Below, in pieces: positions 10,637 through 21,499 of a stretch of 24,725 nt of DNA. Source of the DNA: Tubiluchus corallicola (lineage: Eukaryota; Animalia; Priapulida); contig JAQGDQ010001809.1 in assembly GCA_030141605.1 (NCBI GenBank), forward strand, positions 1-24,725, in the 5' to 3' direction. Each line of letters opens with the position of its first letter. Position 1 is the stretch's first letter. Position numbers and translations under genes: made by a program. Under the pieces are notes generated by a model. That model did not search any database. It saw only the letters and a list, made by a program, of their open reading frames with translations, and had not been told where the DNA came from.

Positions 10637-10842
10637 GTAAGTGGCTCATTCAATCTCCAGTTCCTAGCTAGATTATTGTGGTGAGACAAAAATCTATCAA
10701 GGTCGTGGTTCTAAGATGAGTCACTGCACCAGCAGACATACTTCAGCAACATATGGGTGTGCATATATTCTCTCTTATGAACTAAATAAAGCAAAATACC
10801 AATCGAAACCATCCATAGAAAGAACCGAAGCAGTCAACCCAT

Positions 10843-11631
10843 CCACAGACTAACTAGCTTTGGCAGCTGGTTACCTTTGGTAGCTCACCCACTGACTGAC
10901 TAGCTTTGACATCTGGTTACCTTTGGTAGCTCACCCACTGACTGACTAGCTTTGACATCTGGTTACCTTTGGTAGCTCACCCACTGACTGACTAGCTTTG
11001 ACATCTGTTTACCTTTGGTAGCTCACCCACTGACTGACTAGCTTTGACATCTGTTTACTTTGTGTGTTACCTTTGGTAGCTCACCCACTGACTGACTAGC
11101 TTTGACATCTGGTTACCTTTGGTAGCTCACCCACTGACTGACTAGCTTTGACATCTGGTTACCTTTGGTAGCTCACCCACTGACTGACTAGCTTTGACAT
11201 CTGGTTACCTTTGGTAGCTCACCCACTGACTGATTAGCTTTGACATCTGGTTACCTTTGGTAGCTCACCCACTGACTGACTAGCTTTTACATCTGGTTAC
11301 CTTTGGTAGCTCACCCACTGACTGACTAGCTTTGACATCTGGTTACCTTTGGTAGCTCACCCACTGACTGACTAGCTTTGACATCTGGTTACCTTTGGTA
11401 GCTCACCCACTGACTGACTAGCTTTGACATCTGTTTACCTTTGGTAGCTCACCCACTGACTGACTAGCTTTGACATCTGGTTACCTTTGGTAGCTCACCC
11501 ACTGACTGACTAGCTTTGACATCTGGTTACCTTTGGTAGCCCACCCAGTTACTGTCTAGCTTTGGTACCTGGTTACCTTTGGCAGCCCACCCAGTTACTG
11601 TCTAGCTTTGGTGTCTGCTTAACTTTGGTAA
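10843..11631. repeat. 46-bp minisatellite, ~17 copies
   Basis: CCCACTGACTGACTAGCTTTGACATCTGGTTACCTTTGGTAGCTCA; homogeneous centre, diverged ends. Confidence 0.97.
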
Positions 11632-12032
11632 CTACAGCTATCACTACCATTGATTTCATGCAGGTTTTTCTTAACATTCAAATTATCAGTGGACGAAATT
11701 TTCTTTTTCTCATTACTGCCTTACAGAATAAGTCAAATATAAGTCTTTGTTTTGGTTCTCTCATAGAGTAGTTTCTACAACACACTACAAACAGTTTTCG
11801 TTTTTGAAATGATATAAGCATTTTGTTTGAATTGCAAAGTGACAGATTTTGCAACACACAACAAATAGTTAGCATTCTTGTAATGATATAACCATTTTTT
11901 GTAATTGTATTGTCACCAATAAAATTTGTTGTTAAGCCAACATTCCACACTGTGTATCGCAATTAGCTATAGATTTATTTCTTATCAGAGTTTATAAAAT
12001 TCATGAGGGATGATTTCTTGCTGTTTTTTCAG

Positions 12033-12162
12033 GTTTGATTTGTTTGGTATCTACGTGGTGATGTTTCTAGAGATTCTGCGCACTCTTGTTCATGTCCTCC
12101 TTGTATTTTCCATCCTCATTATTGCATTTGGACTTTCGTTCTATATTCTCTTATCAGATGAG
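12033..12162 (+). CDS. TRPA1: TRPA1-like exon (S4-S5 linker, S5); missed by the ORF track
   Basis: TTTTTTCAG acceptor, GTAAGA donor. Encodes (R)FDLFGIYVVMFLEILRTLVHVLLVFSILIIAFGLSFYILLSDE; phase 2-0. Confidence 0.96.
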
Positions 12163-13117
12163 GTAAGAAGCAATTAGCACACAACAAACAATTATAAAAG
12201 TTGGTTCAATATAAAGGTAATGAAGCAATTTGATAAAAACGATTTGTTTCAGTTTTTCACTGACTCTTTTGCATGCCTGAGACACCATTTCACTTTTGGT
12301 GGGGCAAAAGAGAGGGTTGTGGTTGAGGGTGTGGTTGTAGGGGTAGGGATGGGGTACGGGGAATTCACAATTTATCCACTGTACAGCAATGCATAACGAA
12401 AATCAAGCCTAAGTTAAATTCAGTAATTACGGATGTGTATTCACGCTTGCTTTTCCATAAGTCGATGGTTCAAATCTAGGGTTGATTCTAGTTTTTTTAG
12501 TTTTTCAAACAGACGTAATGAATTGATACTTTAAATAAAAGTTTTTGCTCTATAAGAATGAGAAATCAAGGCAAAACCTTCTCAAATAATAAATAATTAA
12601 CACACAACAAACTATTAATTTTCCTTCCATTATATAAATTGTTAGTGTCGTGAACCAAACTTATTGACAAATATTTTTTCACTATATCAAGCGAATTAAT
12701 TCCTAAAGTTGCCTTGAATTAGAACTGAAAAAAGTGCCAAAGCTAATTTAATTATTTTCTAAATTCATTTGCTAACTATATTGCCGAAATTGTGGAAAAA
12801 TCTACCAAAAAATTTCTCTGAGGATAATTTGAGATAAAATAAAAAAAAATCATTAAGAAAAACTGCAGAAATTGATAACAACAAATTTATAAATATACAT
12901 GAAAATGATGTCACTGTCGTGATTGATATGCATGCCTTTCAAAATTTTTTCTAATGTTGAGTTACACTGCTCTTTTATAATTCCATAGAGAAGCAGCCCC
13001 GATTTCTAAACGAGTATTCGGGTATGCTATGTATCTGAGAGAAAACACAGTGAACTAAGATTGTTCTTGTAATAAATTTTAAAAATTAATATTTCCTTTT
13101 GTTTAAATTATTTTCAG

Positions 13118-13315
13118 CACAGCGAAGCGCACAAAACACCTGGGATGTCGCTTCTTCGTACCTGCATGATGATGCTGGGAGAAATTGGCTTCATTGAGAA
13201 CTTTGTGAAGCCATACTTTGACGGTGATCCGACGACTCTTCACTTTGATTCGCTGACTCTGTTTATGTTGGTGGCGTTTGTTCTACTCATGCCAATATTA
13301 CTCATGAATTTACTG
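13118..13315 (+). CDS. TRPA1: TRPA1-like exon (pore helix, filter, S6)
   Basis: TTTTCAG acceptor, GTACGT donor. Encodes HSEAHKTPGMSLLRTCMMMLGEIGF...FVLLMPILLMNLL; 198 bp. Confidence 0.95.
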
Positions 13316-14563
13316 GTACGTACAGGCTGCTCGTAAAATACCTTCCCACTTTTGTTCTACTCATGCCAATATTGCTCATGAATTTACTGGTACGTACAGG
13401 CTGCTCGTAAAATACCTTCCCACGTTTGTTCTACTCATGCCAATATTACTCATGAATTTACTGGTACGTACAGGCTGCTCGTAAAATACCTTCCCACTTT
13501 TGTTCTACTCATGCCAATATTACTCATGAATTTACTGGTACGTACAGGCTGCTCGTAAAATACCTTCCCACGTTTGTTCTACTCATGCCAATATTACTCA
13601 TGAATTTACTGGTACGTACAGGCTGCTCGTAAAATACCTTCCCACTTTTGTTCTACTCATGCCAATATTACTCATGAATTTACTGGTACGTACAGGCTGC
13701 TCGTAAAATACCTTCCCATTTTTGTTCTACTCATGCCAATATTACTCATGAATTTACTGGTACGTACAGGCTGCTCGTAAAATACCTTCCCACTTTTGTT
13801 CTACTTATGCCAATATTACTCATGAATTTACTGGTACGTACAGGATGCTCGTAAAATACCTTCCCACTTTTGTTCTACTCATGCCAATATTACTCATGAA
13901 TTTACTGGTACGTACAGGCTGCTCGTAAAATACCTTCCCACTTTTGTTCTACTCATGCCAATTTTACTCATGAATTTACTGGTACGTACAGGCTGCTCGT
14001 AAAATACCTTCCCATTTATGTACAGGCTGCTCATAAAATACCTTCCCACTTTTGTTCTACTCATGCCAATATTACTCATGAATTTACTGGTACGTACAGG
14101 CTGCTCGTAAAATACCTTCCCACTTTTGTTCTACTCATGCCAATTTTACTCATGAATTTACTGGTACGTACAGGCTGCTCGTAAAATACCTTCCCATTTA
14201 TGTACAGGCTGCTCGTAAAATACCTTCCAACTTTTGTTCTACTCATGCCAATATTACTCATGAATTTACTGGTATGTACAGGCTGCTCGTAAAATACCTT
14301 CCCACTTTTGTTCTACTCATGCCAATATTACTCATGAATTTACTGGTACGTACAGGCTGCTCGTAAAATACCTTCCCACTTTTGTTCTACTCATGCCAAT
14401 ATTACTCATGAATTTACTGGTACGTACAGGATGCTCGTAAAATACCTTCCCACTTTTGTTCTACTCATGCCAATATTACTCATGAATTTACTGGTATGTA
14501 CAGGGTGGTCATAATATATCTTCCCATTTATGTACAGGCTGCTCATAAAATAGCTTCCCCCAT
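13277..14563. repeat. 74-bp tandem array (16 copies plus partial units) of exon 3' end plus splice donor
   Basis: Unit = last 39 exonic nt (TTTGTTCTACTCATGCCAATATTACTCATGAATTTACTG) + GTACGTACAGGCTGCTCGTAAAATACCTTCCCACT. Confidence 0.97.
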
Positions 14564-14576
14564 TTTAGTTATTCGG

Positions 14577-14668
14577 CGGTGATGGCTATGCTTATGATGA
14601 ATATGACGATATTGTTGACGATGATGACGATCAACGACAATGACGATTATAATGGTGACGACGATGAT
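14577..14668. repeat. Cryptic GAT/GAC trinucleotide low-complexity tract
   Basis: Runs of GATGAC/GACGAT/AATGAC just upstream of the acceptor. Confidence 0.75.
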
Positions 14669-14698
14669 CGCGCTGTAAAATGTTTACTTCGCTTACAG

Positions 14699-14767
14699 AT
14701 TGGTTTGGCTGTTGGTGATATAGAATCAGTGAAAAGTGATGCTAGACTGAAGAGAATAGCCATGCAG
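14699..14767 (+). CDS. TRPA1: TRPA1-like exon (S6 gate, TRP-like helix)
   Basis: CTTACAG acceptor, GTAAGT donor. Encodes IGLAVGDIESVKSDARLKRIAMQ (human IGLAVGDIAEVQKHASLKRIAMQ). Confidence 0.97.
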
Positions 14768-16179
14768 GTAAGTTTGTTGACTTTTGTGTTGGATTCTGAC
14801 AAGCTGGGCTTCTTTCAATGTTCAGGGAAAATATTAGGAGGATTTAGTAGTAAAAATGTGAGAAATACAAATGTATAATCAATTTAAAGAGGCCATCATT
14901 TCACGCTTGGGTGCTCCCATTTTAAACCTCCATTCTTCCACCAATGACGTCATTCGTCCACTGTAAAAAAACAGTTCGCTGTCAATTTCCGTCAAAAATA
15001 TAAAAAGTTTTTGCAAAAAAATAGACAGCTAATTTTGTGATATTTTTGCACGGACATTATGTAAGCTGTAGAAGCTTGATTTAGTTTAAGCAGCTTATGG
15101 AAAGTGATGAAATTCAGCAGTTACTTCATAATTTTCAAGTGAACTGTTGGCTACCACCCGCCTGAAATCTTCTATCCTGCGGTTGTTAAATGAACTTCAT
15201 GCTTTGTAAACAGTTTTTGACAATTTCTTTGCTATTTATTTCCTAAGTTTAAGTGATAACAGTAAAATAAACTCAAAATACCAAATGACTTTCTTTTCAA
15301 TTCATTTACATGCTCTACATTGATGATGCAAACCAGCAGTTTGTTAATTGTATGTGTAGAAGTTGGAATTATACATTATTAATTAGGTGCTGCCATCTAT
15401 GAACTAATCCTGTTACATTCTACCAGCTAACTTACCCCCAGTATGATTGTATGGTCCAGTGAATGCATATTCACTGGTTCTCTAACTATTTTTAAGTAAT
15501 GGTTGTTGTGAAGCCTGTGCAAGTCTGCATAGCTATACCTATATATACTGACTGGTTTTGCTTTCTAGTCACTGTCTAACTTTCAGTGTTCAGAATTTCC
15601 TTCATAACATATAGTATTCTCAGAAATCTTTATTTCTGTATATAAAAAAATGAAAATAATAAATTTGACTGCTTTCGCTGCTTACAAATGTATAATGATC
15701 TAATTATTATAATTTAAGACAATAAAAGTAAATATTACTCACATCGTGCGACTATAACAACTTAATAGATCCTTGGAACGTCATACTAGTTTACAGCAAA
15801 TCAGGTAAAGACGCTACAAATAATTACTTGAAAATTTATCTAAACATTATTTAAAGTTTGCTGAGGCTTCTGTAAGCATGTTTAGTGAGGCTCAACCTAA
15901 TTTACAACTTCACAGGTAAAATTACAGGTAAGTTCACATAGGTGCTGCCACCTACATGTTAAGGCCAGAAACTGACCTTAATAGCAACAGCAATAATAAT
16001 CTCCACATTTATATTGTAATATTAGTTTTAATTAAATAATGAAATTTCATTCTCATGAGAAAGAAAAGATTTTAAAAATTAATTTAATCACTGTAGCTTG
16101 AACGATTAACGTTTGAAATGTTGAATTTAGTTGTTCAGCTATTAGGATAAACTTTCAACTGACTTCATCATTGGGAATA

Positions 16180-16254
16180 TAGGGGGATAGTGGTCTAAGG
16201 TGTATGCCGTGTAGTCACAGCCTGGTTCGAATCCAGGCTGCATTCAAACTTTTT
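16180..16254 (+). pseudogene. tRNA-derived (SINE-head-like) element
   Basis: D-loop/A-box-like TAGTGGTCTAAGG, perfect B box GGTTCGAATCC inside the hairpin CAGCCTGG-TTCGAAT-CCAGGCTG, then a T-run; no intact cloverleaf. Confidence 0.55.
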
Positions 16255-16360
16255 CATATCTCTTTTTTCTGACATTAGTATCAAAATTTAATTAATTGCT
16301 GGTTTTTGACATCATTACAATGATAATAAATAACATCCTTCTTAATAACAATTATAATTG

Positions 16361-17129
16361 TAATATATAATTCCCTGGAAAACATTGCAATTATAATGAT
16401 TAATTCCCTGGAATGCATTGCAATTATAATGATTAATTCTCTGGAAAACTTTGCAATTATAATGATTAATTCTCTGGAAAACTTTGCAATTACAATGATT
16501 AATTCTCTGGAAAACTTTGCAATTATAATGATTAATTCTCTGGAAAACTTTGCAATTATAATAATTAATTCTCTAGAAAACTTTGCAATTATAATGATTA
16601 ATTCTCTGGAAAACTTTGCAATTATAATGATTAATTCTCTGGAAAACTTTGTAATTATAATAATTAATTCTCTGGAAAACTTTGCAATTACAATGATTAA
16701 TTCTCTGGAAAACTTTGCAATTATAATAATTAATTTTCTGGAAAACTTTGCAATTATAATGATTAATTCTCTGGAATGCATTGCAATTATAATAATTAAT
16801 TCTCTAGAAAACTTTGCAATTATAATGATTAATTCTCTGGAAAACTTTGCAATTATAATGATTAATTCTTTGGAAAACTTTGTAATTATAATAATTAATT
16901 CTCTGGAAAACTTTGCAATTATAATGATTAATTCTCTGGAAAACTTTGCAATTATAATAATTAATCCTCTGGAAAACTTTGCAATTATAATGATTAATAA
17001 TCTGGAAAACTTTGCAATTATAATAATTAATTCTCTGGAAAACTTTGTAATTATAATGATTAATTCTCTGTAAAACTTTGAAATTATAATAATTAATCCT
17101 CTGGAAAGCTTTGCAATCATAATAATTAA
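16361..17129. repeat. 33-bp minisatellite, ~23 copies
   Basis: TTCTCTGGAAAACTTTGCAATTATAATGATTAA. Confidence 0.97.
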
Positions 17130-17220
17130 AGCAGTCATAGTAAAATTACCTAGAAGTGATGCAACTTCAAATGCATGCAGAATTCACTCTGGCTGTTGTT
17201 TAGTTATTGATTTTTTGTAG

Positions 17221-17328
17221 GTTGAATTACATACTGATTTAGAGAGAAAATTACCAATGAGATTACTGGAAATGGCAGATAAAGTGGAACATGTTGTTTA
17301 CCCAAATAAATGCAGGAATGTAACTCAG
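17221..17328 (+). CDS. TRPA1: TRPA1-like exon (proximal C-terminus); missed by the ORF track
   Basis: TTTTTTGTAG acceptor, CAG|GTGAGA donor. Encodes VELHTDLERKLPMRLLEMADKVEHVVYPNKCRNVTQ (human VELHTSLEKKLP...VYPNK). Confidence 0.95.
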
Positions 17329-17408
17329 GTGAGAAGATCTCTCACTGATTTATAAAGAAAAATTATAATAATTAATTACAACAGAAGATATAATGTCCTA
17401 TATGTTTG

Positions 17409-17756
17409 GGCCTGGTTCTGTGGTTTAAATCAGGCATGTTGCTTGAACTGGATCCGTGGTTTAAATCAGGCATGTTGTTTGAACTGGGTCCGTGGTTTAA
17501 ATCAGGTCTGTGGCTTGAACTGGATCTGTGGTTTAAATCAGGCATTTTGCTTGAACTGGATCTGTGGTTTAAATCAGCCATGTGGTTTGAGCTGGATCTG
17601 TGGTTTAAATCAGGTCTGTGGCTTGAACTGGGTCCGTGGTTTAAATCAGGTCTGTGGTTTGAACTGGATCTGTGGTTTAAATCAGGTCTGTGGTTTGAAC
17701 TGGATTTGTGGTTTAAATCAGGTCTGTGGTGGGAACTGGATCTGTGGTTTAAATCA
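17409..17756. repeat. 36-bp minisatellite (2 x 18-bp subunits), ~9-10 copies
   Basis: TGTGGTTTAAATCAGGTC + TGTGGTTTGAACTGGATC. Confidence 0.95.
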
Positions 17757-18025
17757 ATCTGCAACAAATGAGAGAGTATTATGACATATATACACTATAG
17801 CTCAACCTAGATGTGTTGTAATTTTGTATCATTTAAGACTGACGTAAATAACTTATCACGTATCTCATCACTGATGTTAGACATGTATTATGAGACACTG
17901 ATAATGACCAAAGCCTCTAGATAAAAACTCATTTATCATTTCAATATTTTCATCTTCAGAAAACTTATTTTCACATATTTGCTTTGCTGATATATAAGTA
18001 AAAAAGTTTATTGCTTTTGCTGCAG

Positions 18026-18141
18026 ATGATACGTAGAATAACCACGACTCAGCAAGATTATAATTCTGCCACCAGAGGGAGGCACCTGTCTGACCCTCAT
18101 CAAGAGATGATGCTTGATGAAATGTACAAACAGAAAAGAAG
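18026..18141 (+). CDS. TRPA1: TRPA1-like exon (linker and start of coiled coil); missed by the ORF track
   Basis: CTTTTGCTGCAG acceptor, AG|GTTGGT donor. Encodes MIRRITTTQQDYNSATRGRHLSDPHQEMMLDEMYKQKR(R) (human EILKQKYR) and supplies the required phase 0 to 2 bridge. Confidence 0.88.
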
Positions 18142-18611
18142 GTTGGTGTCAAGTTGGTGATAAGTTCTTGTTCTAATATTTAAAACATCTCGGTTACGCC
18201 TCTCCTCGCATAACCTAGCTATTGAGACTGGACGATGGGCTAGGATAAAAAGAGAGGACAGGCTATGCTCCTGTTCTGGCTCCAACATTCAAACAGAAGA
18301 GCATGTTATCTGTTTTTGTCCACTTACTAATCACCTTCGTGAAGATAACACTGAACTGAGCTTCAACGATTTGCATGAATTTTTCAATGGAAACCCAAAG
18401 TCAATATTGTGAATTTGTAAAAAACTCTTTAGCTGTTTTTGGACAGTAATGATCATGTTAGACGATAGTAAGTGTGTAGTGAGAAGTTGTAAATAATTCT
18501 TCAGTTATTTTTTGACAGAAATGATCATGTTATATGATCAAAAGTCCTTTTTTGTAGTGATCTATGGACTGAACTAAAGTATCATGTTCGACTATCTCTT
18601 AATCAGTCAAT

Positions 18612-18613
<2 letters not shown>

Positions 18614-18672
<59 letters not shown>

Positions 18673-18682
18673 TATATATATA
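18614..18682. repeat. (CA)n-(TA)n compound microsatellite
   Basis: Direct reading. Confidence 0.97.
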
Positions 18683-18829
18683 GCAGCACAGAGCTGCTGA
18701 TTGCTTCAAAACTCGAATGTTTAGAACTTAGACGTTTGAAACCCTACTTGACTGGTTTATAAAATTATACGAACTAATTTAAACTTGATTGTTGGTAACT
18801 CATTGTTGCACCTTTAACAGCAATCTACC

Positions 18830-19066
18830 TAGGACCACCCCTACGAATTCTCCCTGCCATGTTAAATTGTGCTAATTGCATTAATCGAATGTTTAAATGA
18901 TAGAGAAAATATGTAGTTGAAGTGCTGAATTATTCGAATTTTACATTTGATTTGAATTTCAACTAAAAACTCGCTCAAATCGAATTCGAACATTCGAATT
19001 CGATTCAGACGTTCGAAATCGAATGTTCGATGCTCACCCCCTGAATTCTACCTTCGGGTGGTCCTA
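18830..19066. mobile_element. Putative MITE-like element
   Basis: 11-bp inverted termini TAGGACCACCC / GGGTGGTCCTA, a GAATTC just inside each end, and an internal cluster of TTCGAA/TCGAAT motifs. Confidence 0.45.
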
Positions 19067-19154
19067 CTGTTGAGTGCTGGAAAGAGGTTTTCTATGTGCA
19101 AGGATGTAAAAAAGAGAATATGAATAACATAATGACGGTTTTCTTGTTTTTCAG

Positions 19155-19386
19155 ACTGAGAGATTTAGAATTGATGATGAACAAACAGCACGACTTGTTG
19201 AAACTCGTCGTGCAAAAAATGGAAATTCATTCTGAGTTGGACGAACAGGACGAGGGGTGGCAGTTGACGAGTTTCAACCAAAAAACAGATTCTCATAAAG
19301 GTTCAGGGCCACCTTCTGCCGCCAGACGGCGCCACCAGTGGGGTAAGCTGAGACATCTGACGACCTTCACAACGACAAAGTCATAG
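19155..19386 (+). CDS. TRPA1: TRPA1-like last coding exon (coiled coil, acidic cluster, stop)
   Basis: TTTTTCAG acceptor. Encodes (R)LRDLELMMNKQHDLLKLVVQKMEIHSELDEQDE...TTTKS* (human RLKDLTFLLEKQHELIKLIIQKMEIISE). Confidence 0.95.
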
Positions 19387-19444
19387 TTTGACCTCTGTCC
19401 GTCAGAGAAAAACTCGGAAGTCAAAGTCGTAGTTCTTAAATTGA

Positions 19445-20322
19445 TCACTAGATGTCGATAATCAGCTCTGATGATGATGATAATGAAATGTGATACACCA
19501 CTGTGTGTACTACAAAATTAGCCAGTAGATGGTGCCAGCCATCAGTGCTTAAGAAAACTTTAGATAAATGACTTTGTGAAAAATCAGCCACTAGATGGTG
19601 CCACAAAACACAACAATTCAAGCAAACCTGAGTAACTATAGTACAAATTACTGTAGGATCAGCCACTAGATGGTGCTAGCAATCAGTAATTCAAGTAAAC
19701 CTGAGATGCCCCACTGCATATCACTACAAAATCAGACACTTGCTGATGCCAGCCAGCATTCAAGAAAGTTTGATATAACTGCAAGATCACCCACTAGATG
19801 GCACTAGTCTTCAGTATTCGAAAAACAAATAACTGACCGCATCTCACCTCATAGTCAGCCACCAGATGGTGCCAACAATCAGCTATTCAAGAAAACCTGT
19901 GATGAACCTATGCATATTACTACATTTACTACATAATCAGATACTAGATGGTGCCAACAAACACCATTCAAGAAAATTTGATAGACTCTACTACATATTA
20001 CTGCAAAATCAGCCACTAGATGGTGCTAGTCTTCGGTATTCAAGAAACTATTTTGTAACTGACCGCATCTCGACACAAAATCAGTTTTTAGATGATGCCA
20101 ATAATCAAATCAGCAATTCAATCAGCAAACTTGTGTGATTACAAAATCAGCTACTAGATGGTGCCAGCAGTCAGTCAGCATTGTCATCAGTGTTCAAGAA
20201 AATTTGAAACTTCCAGACTGCATGTTGCTAAAAAATTAGCCACCATATGGCCATACAAGCATTTAAGCAGATTTGAGATATTTGACTGCACATTATTGCA
20301 AAAACTGCTGCTAGGTGGCGCA
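19445..20322 (+). repeat. Diverged ~70-bp tandem array with conserved CCACTAGATGGTGC core (CTCF-like), ~13 units
   Basis: Cores at about 19445, 19522, 19588, 19663, 19736, 19791, 19859, 19941, 20013, 20085, 20151, 20240 and 20308; second motif ATTCAAGAAA. Confidence 0.85.
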
Positions 20323-20407
20323 GACAGTGAGCAGTCAAGTAGGTGTCGAGGCATACAGCAGCATTTTACTGGAAAGTTGGTCACCATGACAACCAAATGA
20401 GAAACTG

Positions 20408-20413
20408 AATAAA
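20408..20413 (+). terminator. Candidate poly(A) signal for the TRPA1-like gene
   Basis: First AATAAA seen after the stop codon, followed by T-rich sequence; others occur at ~20653-20670. Confidence 0.4.
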
Positions 20414-21174
20414 TTCAAACTTCGTTTTTTCATGCTAAATGCTATTTTTTCTTCTGTTTGCTTGTAAATATATTTAGATTTTTTTCATTTTTGAAATTGG
20501 ACACTTGTGAACTTATTTTCATGAATATTTTGTGGAATTATGAAAGTCGCATTGAAGGTCATTGAGTTAAATTTTTACCCAAACAGAAGAAAATCAATTG
20601 TTAGATCTTCCCTCGTAAGTAAAGGCATATTATGAAGTTTCCATGAAAGTTTAATAAAGTAAAATAATAAATATTAGGCATTTAAATGTCATTATTTGAT
20701 TTTTCATTTAACTATAACCAACGTTTACAATTGTGACAATCTCTAAACGAATTTTCATGTAGCTATTTCATAAGAACTGCATTCTGTATTTTTATATTAT
20801 ATCTTGGAGGTTATTTGTTTTGATGTGCTATTAAGTGCATTCTTTCATAATTATAAGTTTGTCAGTTAAATATTGCAGAAATTTCTTACGATTACAATTA
20901 ATTTTTTTTAAATTTTCTGAGCAGCCTTGCAATGTGACGTATCCCACAAATCCACCTTGTTGTTATCTAGTTATATTTTTATCCATCTTTAAAAGTAATA
21001 GTAATTTGTAAACTTCATAATTAAAAGTATTATCAATTTTTACGTAATATATGAACTTTCTTTCATCTTTAGTTATGCTAAAATTTGTCGTCTATTCAGT
21101 ATTTAAAATAAAATCGATGATGTTGTATTATATTACTTATTGTTTTCATTTATATCTTTAGTTACGTACGAAAA

Positions 21175-21435
21175 GTACTATATACAAGAATATACATAGA
21201 GGATAAAAAGACAAATTTACAATTATATGTAACAGTAAAACATATGTAACACGCTACAAATTAGATTAGTACTATACAAGGAGCATGCATTACAGGATAA
21301 GGTACATATTCACAATTATATGTATTAGTAAAACATGCATAATACGCTAGAATTATATTATTGCTATAAAAATGAAATGCATTACAGGATAAAAGACATA
21401 TTTACAATTATACGATAGTAAAAATATATAATGTA
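21175..21435. repeat. Diverged ~93-bp tandem repeat, ~3 copies
   Basis: GGATAA...ACAATTATA...AGTAAAA recurs at ~21201, 21295 and 21387. Confidence 0.75.
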
Positions 21436-21499
21436 AGATTCAGTAATAGAATGTTCTCATTTTCCATGAGGCTCATCAATTTGATTTAGTTGAATTTGC

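Noticed and set aside
13894-14261. Two near-identical 61-aa minus-strand ORFs
   Set aside because: Antisense readings of the 74-bp array.
14943-14975. CRE palindrome TGACGTCA and a CACTGTAAAAAA transposon-like terminus
   Set aside because: A single short motif, and no matching inverted terminus found nearby.
16281-17138. 285-aa and 225-aa repeat ORFs on opposite strands
   Set aside because: By-products of a 33-bp (multiple of 3) intronic minisatellite; no splice or homology support.
17372-17784. Three overlapping repetitive ORFs
   Set aside because: Translations of a 36-bp minisatellite.
18975-19030. Heat-shock element cluster in a thermosensor gene
   Set aside because: Only two-unit GAAnnTTC matches; no canonical three-unit nGAAnnTTCnnGAAn.
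19445-20322. CRISPR-like repeat-spacer appearance
   Set aside because: The intervening sequences are related to each other (shared ATTCAAGAAA), lengths vary widely, there are no cas genes, and the context is a spliced animal gene.
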